In this document: in pieces, positions 27,033 through 47,048 of the stretch
Position numbering within the stretch: position 1 is the first letter of the stretch
Layout: each line of letters starts with the position of its first letter
From: Eledone cirrhosa
Taxonomy: Eukaryota
Reading direction: 5' to 3'
Length of the DNA: 64,000 bases
Assembly (NCBI GenBank): GCA_964016885.1
Contig: OZ024742.1
Coordinates: 353,896,001 to 353,960,000 of the forward strand
The notes under the pieces: generated by a model
What the model saw: only the letters and a program-made list of their open reading frames with translations
Told to the model about the DNA's origin: nothing
The model's database searches: none
Made by a program: the position numbers and the translations under genes

Positions 27033-27110
27033 ATTGCCTCGTCTGACGAACGAATGAAGACGTTTCTTTCGTATTCGCCTCATTCGGGAAACCTGTGGTA
27101 ATGAGGTAAT
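27033..27110 (+). ncRNA. Type I HHR with canonical core in the 3' pLTR (core-mutated copy at 23377-23454)
   Basis: ATTGCCTCGT CTGACGA ..CGAATGA/TCATTCG.. GAAACC-TGT-GGTA ATGAGGTAAT; 10-bp stem I; GUA site at 27098-27100. Confidence 0.88.
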
Positions 27111-27228
27111 TATATTGTATTGACTTTTATACATTAAATTTTGCTCTGATACTTACATAGAGCACTCTGCACTTCTATGACCTTTTCTGTTTTCAACGGA
27201 AATTTCAATACATATATATATATATATA

Positions 27229-27670
27229 TGTAAAAGAAATCAAAGAACGCTTACATATTCAACCAGTTTTTATTTGCTGACAATGTTTCCTCCATACCGT
27301 TGGGCAGGTATCATCAGAGCTTAAACAAAAACACAGTGCTGAGTATTAACTCTACCAAGCTTAGTCACACAAACAATTAGAATACAATAGAGGGTAAAAA
27401 TAGGGAGATCGGAGATGGCGAATAATGAGATAGTACTTGTTGGGGTTGTTAAATACTAGGGTACAAGCAGAATTGTTCAAGTTGCAGATGCAAACCCTTT
27501 ATTGTATTCCAATTGTTTGTGTGACTAAGCTACGTAGAGCTTATACTCAGCAAGCACTGTGTTTTTGTTTATTAAGCTCCGATGATTCATGCCCAACGGT
27601 ATGGATGAAACATTGTCAGCAAATAAAAACTGTTTGAGTATGTAAGCGTTCTTTGATTTATTTTACATAT
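27229..27670. mobile_element. ORF-less fold-back: ~170-bp inverted arms, minimal HHR in each (27276-27322 minus, 27574-27620 plus)
   Basis: GCT C(T/C)GATGA ..stem II.. GAAAC-ATT-GTC AGC; arms diverged. Confidence 0.82.
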
Positions 27671-27766
27671 AACGGCTCTGTTCTCGTAAATTGAGCTCAT
27701 ACAATACCGTGAAAATACGACACAGTACATGTGTGTCTATGCACATACATTCCGTGCTCTACGTAA

Positions 27767-27789
<23 letters not shown>

Positions 27790-27797
<8 letters not shown>

Positions 27798-28407
27798 AAA
27801 ATATGTCCATAGACACGTTTGATAACATATATACACCATTTCCTCTCCCAATCAGCATAATCAACCACACACAAAAAAACAATTAAACCAGGCTATAAGA
27901 TTAAAAGACACCTATAAAGAAAAATAGATGCATAAACGACAGCTATCTATTCGCGATCAACAGCCATATAATATTTACCCAGCATTTCCAATAGCACGTG
28001 GGAATCGATTAAATACATCGTCAACCATACACAATTAGGTATAAAATCCAAGTTAGAATAAAACATGTATATAAACATACCAAAATTACGTTTCTACCCC
28101 ATGGGATTTCATTCGCTTTTGGAAATATCCGATCAAGGATAATTTCACGAGCTTCGGAATTATCAGGAAACAAACTCACTTGGACGAATATTTTTCTTAC
28201 ATGATCCACGCCAGAAACGAATTCAAAATGGCTATAAGAACTGTGACCTGGCACTGGTTAAGTCAGAAAGAATGTGATTGGTGTCTTACGGCGAGTGAGC
28301 TGGTTACAAGAAAGCGCAGCCTAATATTGCCTAAATTGCATCTCAACCATATGGGAGATTATCAAATATAAAGATTTACATATACGCAAACTAGATAGTA
28401 GCATATA

Positions 28408-28497
<90 letters not shown>

Positions 28498-28890
28498 TTT
28501 CGCAACCATTCACGATGTGGCTCAATGACGGATTAATTAATTAAATAATCAATGATCAGAGCAATATACAATAAAGTATGTCCATATAATTATTTGATAA
28601 AATATATACACCATTTCCTGTCCCAATCAGCATAATCAACCACACAGAAAAACAATTAAACCAGGCTATAAGATTAAAAGACACCTATGAAGAAATAATA
28701 GATAAATAAACGACAGCTATGTTTCCGCGATCAACAGCCATATAATATTTACCCAGCATTTCCAATAGCACGTGGGAATCGATTAAATATATTGTCAACC
28801 ATACACAATTAGGTCTAAAATCAAAGTTAGAAGAAAACATGTATATAAACATGTATATAAACATTTATATAAACATGTATATAAACATAG
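27790..28890. repeat. Direct duplication of ~290 bp (about 27790-28080 and 28565-28890)
   Basis: Shared caccatttcct..cccaatcagcataatcaacc...gcacgtgggaatcgattaaat. Confidence 0.85.
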
Positions 28891-28912
28891 AAAAAAATGT
28901 ATATATATATAT

Positions 28913-29736
28913 ATAAAATATTTTAAAAATGATGAATAAAACAATGAACCAGTTCCTTATATTAAACAAAAAAAGTTCACTATTTAACGATCGTTTCTAG
29001 GATATATATGTGTTAGAATTGGCATGCATATTCAACAGATCTATGTACAAAATTATACAAAATTATACAAACTATCAAAATTAAATATACATACCAAACA
29101 CATATATATGCCGTCTTCAGAAATAATGAAATATATTTATTGATAATAACAACAATTCCAAATTACAGGTCTGTTTGGGAACAGAGTTCAAATTGACCAA
29201 TGAAAATACAAAAAGTTTATACAGTTAGGTGTGTGTATATATATGTGTGTAAGTAACTTCGTTCAGAGATATGCATAAAGATATATGTTCACATGCATAC
29301 GCATGCCAAAAAGATATATGTAAATACACAAATTCAAGGCTAATGTCTCTGTATGTTTATAATCTACAGATAAAATACGTATACACATATAAATATAAAA
29401 TAAATATATACACACATTCATATACTCACACATATACGTACATTCACACACACACGCGCGTATACGCATAAACATACACACAACCACGAACATACATACA
29501 CACATACACCCCCACACACATATATATGTGTATATACTATTATCATAAGCATATGGACATTAATGCGCGCACATAAACACTGCCACACATATTTAGATCC
29601 AGATACAGAAAGTAGGTGGGGGGTGGGGAGAAGAGGTCAGTACTCACCGGTGTCTGCAGACTGCCTATTTATAAATGTATCTATAAACTTAGAAATAAAA
29701 AGAAAAGAAAAAGAAAAAAAGAAATATATCAAGGAA

Positions 29737-29819
<83 letters not shown>

Positions 29820-30114
29820 AACAAGTAAAATATAAAATATACATCGATATACATACATATACATATATATATATATATACACATACACACATATACATAC
29901 ATATACATACACATATACACAAACACATACATACACATACATATACATACACACACCATATAAATACACATACACATACACACACGCATACATATAGAGA
30001 CACATACATATACACATATAAGTACATAGACATATACACATATACACACACATATATATATATATATATATACACATACACGCATACATATATATATATA
30101 CATTCACAACACAC

Positions 30115-30193
<79 letters not shown>

Positions 30194-30266
30194 CACACAC
30201 ATATCTACACACATATATAAACACACTCATGTATATACACACATACACATACATACCCACATATAA

Positions 30267-30301
<35 letters not shown>

Positions 30302-30307
30302 TACACA

Positions 30308-30365
<58 letters not shown>

Positions 30366-30443
30366 TATATATATACACACACACGTACACACACATACAC
30401 ATACACATATTTAAAGATATATATACACACACACACACATATA

Positions 30444-30496
<53 letters not shown>

Positions 30497-30796
30497 CATA
30501 TATACACACACATACATACTCATACATAGACATACATATATACTCACACACACATACACACATACATATACGCATATATACACATACATACACATCCAAG
30601 TATGCGTATATACATACAAACACCACCACACGCTCACACAACTCAGACATACATAGATAAAGGGATATGCATACAGATATATACATATATAAATAGAGAT
30701 ACATATACATATATAAATATATACACACGTACACACACAAACACACATACATACACATACATACACACATACATATATATACACACACATACACAC

Positions 30797-30871
<75 letters not shown>

Positions 30872-31023
30872 CATATATATAAACAAATAAAGAAATAAGA
30901 TAAATAAATAAATAAATTAATTAATACACACAGTCAGACAAATATGCACACACATACATATACATATATATATATACATACACATATATATATACATATA
31001 TATATATATACATACACACATAC

Positions 31024-31054
<31 letters not shown>

Positions 31055-31071
31055 TCAACTACAAATATATA

Positions 31072-31148
<77 letters not shown>

Positions 31149-32022
31149 TATATATATACACACACCCACATATACATGCGCACATACGTACACATATACA
31201 CATACACACATATACACATAGACATATACATGTGCATACATATACATACACACATATACCCACATAAATACATAGATACATATATATATACACATATATA
31301 TACACATATATATATATACACACATAGATACATATATATATATATATATATACACACAATCATACACCCTTATTTACATGCGCACATATGTGTTTTTATA
31401 CTCACATATAAACACCCAAACATACATACATACCTACATATACATACATACATCCACGCTTACAAATACAATTAATAATAGTAGGGGGGAGGGAGGGGGA
31501 AGGGGATTATAGTAAATATAGGTTTCAAGAAACATAGAACATTAATCTGCATTTAGATCATAATATGTGTTTAAATAGTTTCAGTATTAGGAAATGTAAG
31601 AAAGAAGGCAAAATTATGCATTTAAATATAAGTATACCATTAATTATATGTTAACTAAACTAAAGATAGTTAATATATTGATTTCTAAGGTGTATACTAC
31701 TTAGGTTTATAATATTTGAAGCGGAATTTTGAAGTTAAATAGTAGTAGAGTATTAATTATAGTATAACTAAATTAAAATTATTAACGTTATGGTATCAAT
31801 ATTAGGAAATGAATTTAGTAATAGGGAAAAAAACAAATAAAGTTTTACATCGGTAGTAGAATATAAATTATAGGTTAACTAAATTAAAAATTATATATTA
31901 ATTTCTATAGTATATGTTAATTAGGTTTATAATAATTAAAACAGATATTGTATTTTATCTATAGTAGAATATAATTATAGGTAAACAGAAATTAAAATTA
32001 ATACATACACATATACATATAC

Positions 32023-32068
<46 letters not shown>

Positions 32069-35000
32069 ACATACATATACATATTTTTTTCAAAAATTGC
32101 AAAGAATATATTAACTAGGTATACATCCAAAACCTATCTCAGTCTATGATTACATGACACTCTGCAATCCATCTGTATTAGGATATTAATTTTAAGCCAA
32201 TTAAATTAAATTTTTAGGTTGACCAAATTTAAAACCAAATTATAAATATATTTCTAAAATGTACATTAATTAGGTCTATAATACTAAAAATTATTTCTCT
32301 GTCATTGAATACACGATATTTTTTTTTATATTTTATCTGTAAAGGAATTTTAATAAAAGGTTAAATAAATTAAAATTAATCTATAAATTAATTTACGAAG
32401 TATATATTAGTAATATTTAAAGGTTTTTCACAATTTATGATTACACAATATTTTATAATCTCATATGTAGTAGAATTTTAATTAAATTAAATTTATAGGT
32501 TAACTAACATTTAAATTAAATTATATATTAATTTCTAAAATAATGTTATTAATTAGGTTTATAATATTTAAATGTTTTTCTTAGTTTATAATTACACGAT
32601 ATAATTAATTCCTGTCGTTTATTTAATAGGATATCCTTAGATTTCATTATTTCAAATAGTTCTTGGGAACATAATCTACATTCATTTCTATTATTTTGAT
32701 AAGGGGTGGCTCTTTTGAGCACACTCCAGGTCAAATCATATTCTATATTCTTATTTTTATAACTATTGATTTTTTCTGCTAGAGATGTTGTATTAGCCAG
32801 TGCGGCATTTTTAAAACTATGTTTGTGGATATTAAACCTTGCCTTAAAATTGTTAGAAGTAGCTCCTATATATGAGCTAATAGAATCTTTAGTTTTAACA
32901 TTACATTTATAAACTATGTTGTTAACAAGACAATTTCCTTTTAATGGGCAGTTTGCTTTGTTTCTACAGTTACAACCTTTCGTTAATTCTGTATTTGAGG
33001 AGATATTATGGTTAGTTTGATGTATTGGTGGTATACTTATGGTATTCATACATTTATATGCATTATAGGCACTTATATTTTGTTTTATGTTATTTGTTGT
33101 TGAGTATGAGAATTTAACTGTAGACCTATTTAAGATTTGATGGTATTTGTGGTTTGGCGGGAAGTTTTTCTCTAGGATATATAAAAATTTTTTAGCAATA
33201 TTATCCTTAATTTGTAAATTAAATGGAGCATTATACCAAGTAATCCGTCTATTACGGTTTCTATGTTGTTTATTATTTTTATAGGTTGTATCGTGATGTT
33301 TACTAGGAGGATTAATGTTAATGATCTCACCACGCACATTTTTAGTTAGATTTGTAGATTTAGGTGTTTTATCTTGTTTATTAGGAGTTTTATTATTAAC
33401 ATTTATTAGAGTTGTATGATGAGTAGTTTTTTGAGAGTTACTATACTTTATATTAGAAGAGTTGGTATTTTGGGGTATAGTGTGGGTGGCATTTAGGTGT
33501 GTACTATTCATTTGGTGTTTGTTGGTAATATTAGGTTGTATGTTTATAGTATTTTTAGTAGAAGGTATATATTCTAATCTATTTTTGTGGCCACTTCTAT
33601 CTAGAGCTTCGTTATAGAAGGTCGCATTTTTATCAAATACATCTTGGTTAGAAGAAAGGTTAGAAATTCTAAGTGATATATTATATGCAAGGTTTTTAAG
33701 GATAGATTTAGGGTGATTAGATTGTGAGTGTATGTAGTGTAAGTTTTGGTTGGGTTTATGGTAAGGTTGGTAGATACCCGTAGCTAAGTCTAAAGTTATA
33801 TCTAGGAAATTTACTACTTTACTTGTTTTTTCAAAAGTAATATGAAGACTATAATAGTCTTTAAGGAAATTCTAATATGCTTTTTGTTTTTTTCTATTTC
33901 TGAAAGGCTAAGGTTGTTGGAAAGAAGAAGACATTCATCACGATATAAACCACCTTTAAGGTGGGGAAATGAGGCATTTATGTTGAAAAGGAGAAAGAGG
34001 CCCACAAGATCAGTAATTTGGGCGGAATCGCTTGAACCCATAGTAATATCAAATAGATTACTATATGTGTTTCTGGTCCAGTATTCATTCTGAAATTCAA
34101 TAAGTGTTAGTCTACCATGTGTAATAATATTAATGTCATCCAAAGTTAAGTTAGATCTATTTTTAGCAAATATCAATGCTTTGTTCAGGAGTATAGGTGA
34201 TATAGAAGAATAGTAATTATATATATCAAATTGTAGAAATGAATCAGAAGATTTACATCTAATATTTTTAAACCAGTTAATTACCTGGGAAGTGTTTTAC
34301 CAGAGTGGTAAAATAACGTGTTTTCTTATTTGTGGGATGACTCTATCCAAAATTTTTTTGCTAATTATTCCAATATCAGATGTGGAGGGACATATAAGTC
34401 TTATAGAAGGATTTGAGTTAAAGTTTGATTTATGATCCTTCAGGTTGAAGTGTGGTCTTTTCAATTCCAAAGGTTCAGTTCTATCTTCAATGTTTAGTTT
34501 TTTTACTATGTTGTGTGTTTTGTTGTTGATGTTGGTGGGTGACGCATTATTAGATTTTTTATAATTTTTCCTGAGTTCTTTATATATGAACTCATTATAA
34601 TCTTCAATATCCATGTGATACAAGTTACCAGTTTTGTCCGAGTGGACATGGATTTTTTTAAACTTTTTTAGGTCCAATAGGGTAGAATCAAGGTTCTTTT
34701 GAAAGACAGATTTATACTTTTTAAATTTGAGGTGTTTAATTAAATTAAAAAGGTCTTTCTCAAAGTCTTCAAGCAAAGAGTTGTGTGGTGGATTCTTGTA
34801 AGTATTGAAATCATACATATATTTCCTATCTGCATATTTAGATTTTTTATCGAAGTGGTAGGCCCTCCATCTAACTCTTCTGATAAATTGGTTAGTTTTT
34901 TGAATCATAAGGAGTAAGAAATCATCCTTAGAAGCTATTGGTATGTTCTTTAAAAAGGTTCCCAAATATTGTTTTTCCATTGTGATATTGATGATGGACA

Positions 35001-35241
35001 ATTGAAAGAGCTCAACTAAATGTATATGGGTTTACAAAATCATACATATATGTGTATATACATAAATATAAATTTAACACACACATACAGTACAAAAATA
35101 CGAATATTTCCGTGAAAATAGGAGCAAAATTATGTAGATAAATCTACCAAGAGTTTACGGTAGTGTCCAATCCGTATGAAGAACTCAATGTAATCCGGAT
35201 ATCATGGAAAGAAGAGATGCAATGAAAAATCACTTTCGGTG

Positions 35242-35243
<2 letters not shown>
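28913..35243 (-). mobile_element. Full-length PLE (Naiad-like) with ~3.6-kb microsatellite-rich 3' tail
   Basis: ORF pieces 35001-34297, 34176-33814 and 33511-32549; the 5' segment 35131-35243 matches the 3' end of the sister copy (40808-40917). Confidence 0.92.
32549..35001 (-). pseudogene. PLE RT plus GIY-YIG, disrupted
   Basis: LKNIPIAS..RRVRWRA; SDKTGNLY; KDHKSNF; FDITMGSSDSAQITDLVG; GLYRDE; CNCRNKANCPLKGNCL; YIGATS; CRLC. Confidence 0.92.
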
Positions 35244-35338
<95 letters not shown>

Positions 35339-35380
35339 TATATGTATGTATGTCGATGTATATTTTATATTTTACCTGTT

Positions 35381-35429
<49 letters not shown>

Positions 35430-35454
35430 ATATTTATTTTATATTTATATTTAT

Positions 35455-40959
<5,505 letters not shown>

Positions 40960-40964
40960 TATAC

Positions 40965-41078
<114 letters not shown>

Positions 41079-41080
41079 AT

Positions 41081-41272
41081 ATAGGAACCAGTAAGACCCC
41101 GGCAGCTGAGCTCAAGCCGTTTCGACGGCTAATTCTGAATTAGCCGTCGAAACGGCTTGAGCTCAGCTGTCGGGGTCTTACTGGTTCCTATTACCCACTC
41201 TACTACCTCAAGTATTGAGTACTTTGGTGCGTTATGGTCCACCTGGTTCCTTACCACATTTCCTTCGTTATA
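41081..41272. mobile_element. Family C fragment: 111-bp palindrome (41081-41191) made of the HHR 3' half, plus tail
   Basis: Centre at 41136; same sequence as 44630-44760, 42867-42990 and 45221-45271. Confidence 0.85.
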
Positions 41273-41287
41273 TTCATATATATATAT

Positions 41288-41540
41288 ATTAGTAAATGGA
41301 ATTCCAACTTTGTCTGATTTACTCGTTTTATTTACAATCCTTTAAAATTTATAATGGTATTAGAATGAAATAGTATGGTGGAATATTAAATGTTAAGTGT
41401 TAATTGAGCAATTAATTGAGCAATTAACACTTAACATTTAATATTCCACCATACTATTTCATTCTAATACCATTATAAATGTTGAAGGATTGTAAATAAA
41501 ACGAGTAAATCAGACAAAGTTGGAATTCCTTTGACTAATA
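41288..41540. repeat. ~250-bp near-perfect palindrome between (TA)n tracts
   Basis: ggaattccaactttgtctgatttactcg... / ...cgagtaaatcagacaaagttggaattcc. Confidence 0.92.
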
Positions 41541-41552
41541 TATATATATATA

Positions 41553-41667
<115 letters not shown>

Positions 41668-41778
41668 GTTATTCCGGGTTGAATCGGAGGTAACCACAGT
41701 AAGTAAGGTACTCAATACATAGCAGAGTATAACAGTTTTAATATAGATGAGATTCCGGGCTTTCTTCGGCCCGGAATC

Positions 41779-41879
<101 letters not shown>

Positions 41880-42217
41880 CGTATATATATATATACATAT
41901 TATATATATATAATGTTAACAAGCTTTCATGTTACATGTATACTGTTGCCGGTTCCAGTCCTGTCCACCACTGCATAATGGACGAGGCAATTTCAAACTG
42001 CCCCTTCATTCATACACGTAAAGATAATATATTTGTCTATACTCAGATAAACACACACACACACACACACGCACACACATATACTCACTACACACCCGCA
42101 CACACATACATACCCCCCAAGACACACACACATATACACACACACACACATATGTATATATATATATATATATATACGATATTAACAAATGGAAACTATA
42201 TTTATAAAACCATATTT

Positions 42218-42280
42218 ATTTTATTATACATATTTCAAGGATACCATGTTAAATTATGGTATGCCTTCATCAGACAAAAT
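42218..42280 (-). ncRNA. Type I HHR in a solo pLTR (about 42176-42600), family E
   Basis: AUUUUGU CUGAUGA AGG-C-AUACCAU..AUGGUAU-CCU-U GAAA UAUGUAUA AUAAAAU. Confidence 0.82.
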
Positions 42281-42812
42281 ACAATATATACCAGTTTTAT
42301 AAATAAACATTGACGTACCCTTTCAAAATGCAACCGTTACTTTTGGAAGACATCAGGATAGTGGGTTTGTTTATTTTAGTAAGTCGTTATGTTAAAGAGA
42401 AGGAAAAAAGACGGAGAGAGAGAAAAACCGAGAGAGAGAAAAGTGGAGAAAGAAAGGGAGAGATAAATAAAGAAAAAGAAGAAAGAAAAAAAGAAAAAAA
42501 GAAAACAGAGAAAAAACAACAGAGATATATCAAACCACCAGACAGAGAGAAAAAAAATCAAGAGAGAGAAATATAGAGATAGAGAGAGGGGTGAGACCGA
42601 AAACCTTAACTCATCTCATATTAAGTTAAGTTAACAATTGAGATGAAATGAATAAATAAGATTAGAAATATTAATATTCATGAATGGAATATACATATAT
42701 AATATGAGAAATTAATGATTGTTTAACTATGATTAGATATTTAGTTTAAAATTTGATATCAATATATTAAAAATTGGAATTTGAACATCACGAAATATAT
42801 ATATATATGTCG

Positions 42813-42849
<37 letters not shown>

Positions 42850-43025
42850 GAAATATATATATATATGTCGAAACGGCTTGAGCTCAGCTGTCGGCGCCTT
42901 ACTGGTTCCTATTACCCACTCTACTACCTCAAGTATTGAGTACTTTGGTGCGTTATGGTCCACCTGGTTCCTTACCACATTTCCTTCGTTATTGATATAT
43001 ATATATATATATATATATAAATATA

Positions 43026-43939
43026 CGAGATGTCAGTAGAGATCGAGGACTGACGACACAAAAGATTTATTTCAAACCCAAACTTCACACCAAGAGTGTT
43101 CTCCTTCAAATTAATCCCCCTTGAGTATGTAACTGTAATCTTAGCTCTATGTTGTGATCAAACGTGTTTCTTCATAATTTTATATACATGTCCTCTGTTT
43201 CAGATCGTCAAGCAATGAGCACAGAGCAACGAACAAAACGTGGAGTTTCTGGTACGGTAGGGGAAAACTCCGTCAGAAGCACTGGGATTGCTGCAGCAAG
43301 TGTATGGAGATGAGTTGATATCACGCTCACGTGTTTTTGAGTGGTGCAGAGGTTTAAAGAAGGACGCGAGATCATGGAAGATGACCCCAGGAACGGACGG
43401 CCCTCAACAAACAGGACTGAGTTCAATGTGGAGCACGTCAGGCAGATGGTTCGTAGCGATCGTCGGCTGACTGTTCGATTGATGGCAAATGAGCTGGGTA
43501 TGAATCGGGACAGCGTCTGGAAGATTCTCACTGAAGATTTGGACATGTGCAAAGTCTGTGCGAAAGGGTGCCAAAACTGCTGAACGATGACCAGAAGGGG
43601 CGACGCTTGCAAGTGTGCCAGAACATCCTTGAGCGTCGCGAAACCGAATCAGACCTGCTAGGGACAATCAACACTGGTGATGTGTCATGGATCTTCGAGT
43701 ACGACCCGGAAACCAAACGTTTTGAAGATGTGGACGAACGACATCAAAAAGGCCGTGACGACGGTACTGCGGAGGATCCCGGAAGAATCCTACCAGGTGT
43801 GCATGCAAGCGTGACAGAAAAGGATGGACAAGGGGGACTCCAGGGGGATTATTTTGAAGGAGAAAACACTTAGTGTGAATTTTTGGTTTGAAATAAATCT
43901 TTTGTGACATCAGTCCTGGAACTATTCTGACACACCTCG
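43026..43939 (+). mobile_element. Mariner transposon, internally deleted; ~100-bp imperfect TIRs; TA flanks
   Basis: HTH (QQVYGDELISRSRVFEW, RFKEGR..EDDPRNGRPST, DRRLTVR); VPKLL; TGDVSWIFEYDPETK; most of the DDD domain is missing; TIRs 43026-43122 and 43840-43939. Confidence 0.92.
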
Positions 43940-44187
43940 TATATATATATATATGACATAGAATGGCTTCTGCAAGAAGGACTAGAAATGTTTCATTCAA
44001 AGGTAATCGTAAGGAAAGATTATATATTTTAAATTAGAGAGTTCTAGACCTGTAGAAGCCATTTGTGTATTAAACATGATGCTTACATGCTACTAATCTA
44101 TTGAGTATCTGATGTGTTATGGTCCACCTGATAACTTACCACACTATGTTTGTTATGTATATATACTTTTTTTTTCTTTTCTTTTTT

Positions 44188-44368
44188 TTAAATAACAGAT
44201 TAAATTTTACGCAAAGAATCGCTAACGTTAAGGGTGAAAGCAACGATTCTTTGCTTAAACTTTAATCTGGTATTTTATTAAATAGTTGCTCTAGGGTTCA
44301 TATGTATTTGATATATATTTATTTTTATCGAGCCCTCTTTGGATTTTAGTCTTCACATTTATTATTAT

Positions 44369-44372
<4 letters not shown>
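44188..44372. mobile_element. Family B terminal fragment with short fold-back
   Basis: taagggtgaaagcaacgattctttgcttaaac preceded by its inverted copy. Confidence 0.8.
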
Positions 44373-44430
<58 letters not shown>

Positions 44431-44433
<3 letters not shown>

Positions 44434-44758
44434 AGTAAGTAAGACCCCGACGGCTGAGCTCAAGCCGTTTCGACGGCTAATTCTGTACTGAATGAAAAAT
44501 CAGTTCAGGTATTTAAATAGCCGAACTTGTCAAAGGGCAATTCCATATTTATGGAATTTATTTTATGGAATTGCCCCTTGACAAGTTCGGCTATTTAAAT
44601 ACCAGAACTGGTTTTTCATTCAGTACAGAACTAGCCCTCGAAACGGCTTGAGCTCAGCCGTCGGGGTCTTACCTACTCCTATTACCCACTCTACTACCCT
44701 AAGTATTGAGTACTTTGGTGCGTTATGGTCCACCTGGTTCCTTACCACTTCTCCTTCG

Positions 44759-44760
<2 letters not shown>
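44431..44760. mobile_element. Family C fold-back (44431-44680) with a complete HHR on each strand
   Basis: Arms of ~120 bp; (TA)n on both sides. Confidence 0.88.
44573..44667 (+). ncRNA. Type I HHR, U3-A8 core, 55-nt stem II domain (mirror copy 44444-44538 minus)
   Basis: GCCCC TTGACAA G..GGCTA/TAGCC..C GAA ACGGCT-TGAGCTC-AGCCGT C GGGGT; GUC site at 44660-44662. Confidence 0.85.
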
Positions 44761-44813
<53 letters not shown>

Positions 44814-45099
44814 AAAAAAGACAATCAGTGTTGCAACGAATGGAATTTATTGGACATATTACAATCGTTTCTCTGGCGACCAGCTCGAGGCACGATCTAT
44901 ATGACTCTGAACTCGCAAGATTCTCAGATACGTCTTGATTGTACGAAGCCGATTTTCGAAAATTATATATATATATTTTTTTTTTTGCGATATCATAGTC
45001 TGCTTCGTGAGCGCATCGAGTGCTCAAACGGCCTACCGCATACGGACGCTTTAAGCATCCAACACCGATTATATACACACACACGCACGCACACACACA

Positions 45100-45223
<124 letters not shown>

Positions 45224-45474
45224 GGAACCAGTAAGACGCCGACGGCTGAGCTCAAGCCGTTTCGACGGCTATACCTGGTTCCTTACCAGATTTCCTTCGT
45301 TATATATATATATATATATATCAAGTAAGAATATTTTCGAAACAGCGAGCGGGTTTGAAATTATTTTAAATGTAAACTATCGCCGTATTTTGACTAAAGA
45401 AATTAAAGAAATTATTTAGGCTGATAGTGGGGTTAAGAACCCTCGGAGAAATGGAAGAAGATGAGTATTGACGT

Positions 45475-45595
<121 letters not shown>

Positions 45596-45662
45596 CAAAT
45601 AACGAAACGAAATTAAATTTTGTTTCATTTGTAACTCACTTTTGTATGACTGACGCTTAAAC

Positions 45663-45881
45663 AATTAAGTTAAAGATGTACATCCATATATGTATACTGA
45701 AATACTAGTATGTATATGAATACACACACGTATACATATGTAGATGTACCAAGTTTTTTCACTGGTCACTTTACTGTAAAGTGACCAGTGAAAAAACTTG
45801 GTACATCTACATATGTATACGTGTGTGTATTCATATACATACTAGTATTTCAGTATACATATATGGATGTACATCTTTAAC

Positions 45882-45887
<6 letters not shown>
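45663..45887. repeat. Perfect 225-bp palindrome (112-bp arms, 1-nt centre at 45775)
   Basis: Base-by-base reverse complement; ends at (TA)n. Confidence 0.95.
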
Positions 45888-45930
<43 letters not shown>

Positions 45931-47048
45931 GTATATTATATTAGTTGTTCGTTTGAAGTATTAGACACACATTGTACATCAAATCTTTATAGCTGTGTAA
46001 TTATAATCTTTACATAAATAAAAGCTTTCAGGTATAACACTAATACATTAAAACAGTATTAATCTTCATAATCAACAACGGCATTGACATGTATTGCTGG
46101 TGTATTTATTTGGGAACTTGAAGTTGCTAACAATGCTTCTTAATTCCCGAGGTCATTTACTCTTCCATGCATTTGGTCCATATCATTGTTCTGAGAAGTT
46201 CTATGTTCATTCTTGCGACTAGTCTGGAATATTCTGAAAGGGTCCATTGTTAAGAATGTTCACGTACGACGAACGTAAACATAAAATACAAAGAAATGAC
46301 TGGCAAATATTTCAACTGTCGGACTTGTTATAATTGTATTTCACCACCTTGTCATAATGAGATGCTGGAGTCTTTCCTTAACTTTGTAATTATACAATTG
46401 TCTGCCATTGTTCAGTGTAGACAGCTTGTCAAGTAGATGGTCTTGATTCTAAATTATCTGCTTTTCGGTATACCGACAGAGCAGATGTGTCTTTAAACAT
46501 GCCAAAGATCAGGATACGGGATCTAATTAGACACACGAAGATAGTCATGTGGAATATGTACGTTATAACATCAAAGTTATTTTAAGAAATTACTTTCAAA
46601 AGATTCCGATTCAGAATGTACTCTCACGCACGTTTTCAATAACGAATATATTTTAATAACAGGTCATAGAGGACCTCATTTGGACAACGTCGGTATCCAC
46701 AACTGGTGGTTTCCTTGTGCTAGCTGATTATAACAGCCTGTCCCACGTTTGAGAATTCTCTGCTATATTTAGAAGCTATGAGTTGACAGCGGTATATGTG
46801 AATGAACATGTGCATTTTAGACTACGGTGCCGATTGGTAATATTAACATAAATTTACGCTGTATTTTTACTTCAGAAAATAACAAGACAAAAACCCAATA
46901 ACAGATCAAAACGAGCGTCAATTGGGGAATTGTTACCTCTTTATCGTATTATTTCCTTTACTCATGTCCAGAAATTAGGCGATGATATAAATGAAGTTTG
47001 GCTTGTATTTCCGTTAGAAACTGTTCTGGAGTTGTTATCTACTCTATA

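Larger units (their letters stand above)
22402..27212 (+). mobile_element. Full-length PLE (Naiad-like) with ~1.15-kb direct pLTRs
   Basis: 22402-23556 is repeated at about 26078-27212; complete but disrupted ORF between; (TA)n at both ends. Confidence 0.93.

Noticed and set aside
29563-31475. Long ORFs rich in YI/CV/HT (also about 12055-12834, 38221-40079, 50620-51430)
   Set aside because: Translations of (TA)n/(TG)n microsatellites, which lack stop codons.
42310-42576. Lys/Glu/Arg-rich ORF
   Set aside because: Antisense reading of the pyrimidine-rich tract of a family E pLTR.
45412-45455. HHR-like CTGATAG-hairpin-GAGAA (repeated at 63955-63995)
   Set aside because: The repeat family is real, but both core halves deviate and no stem I or III was found.
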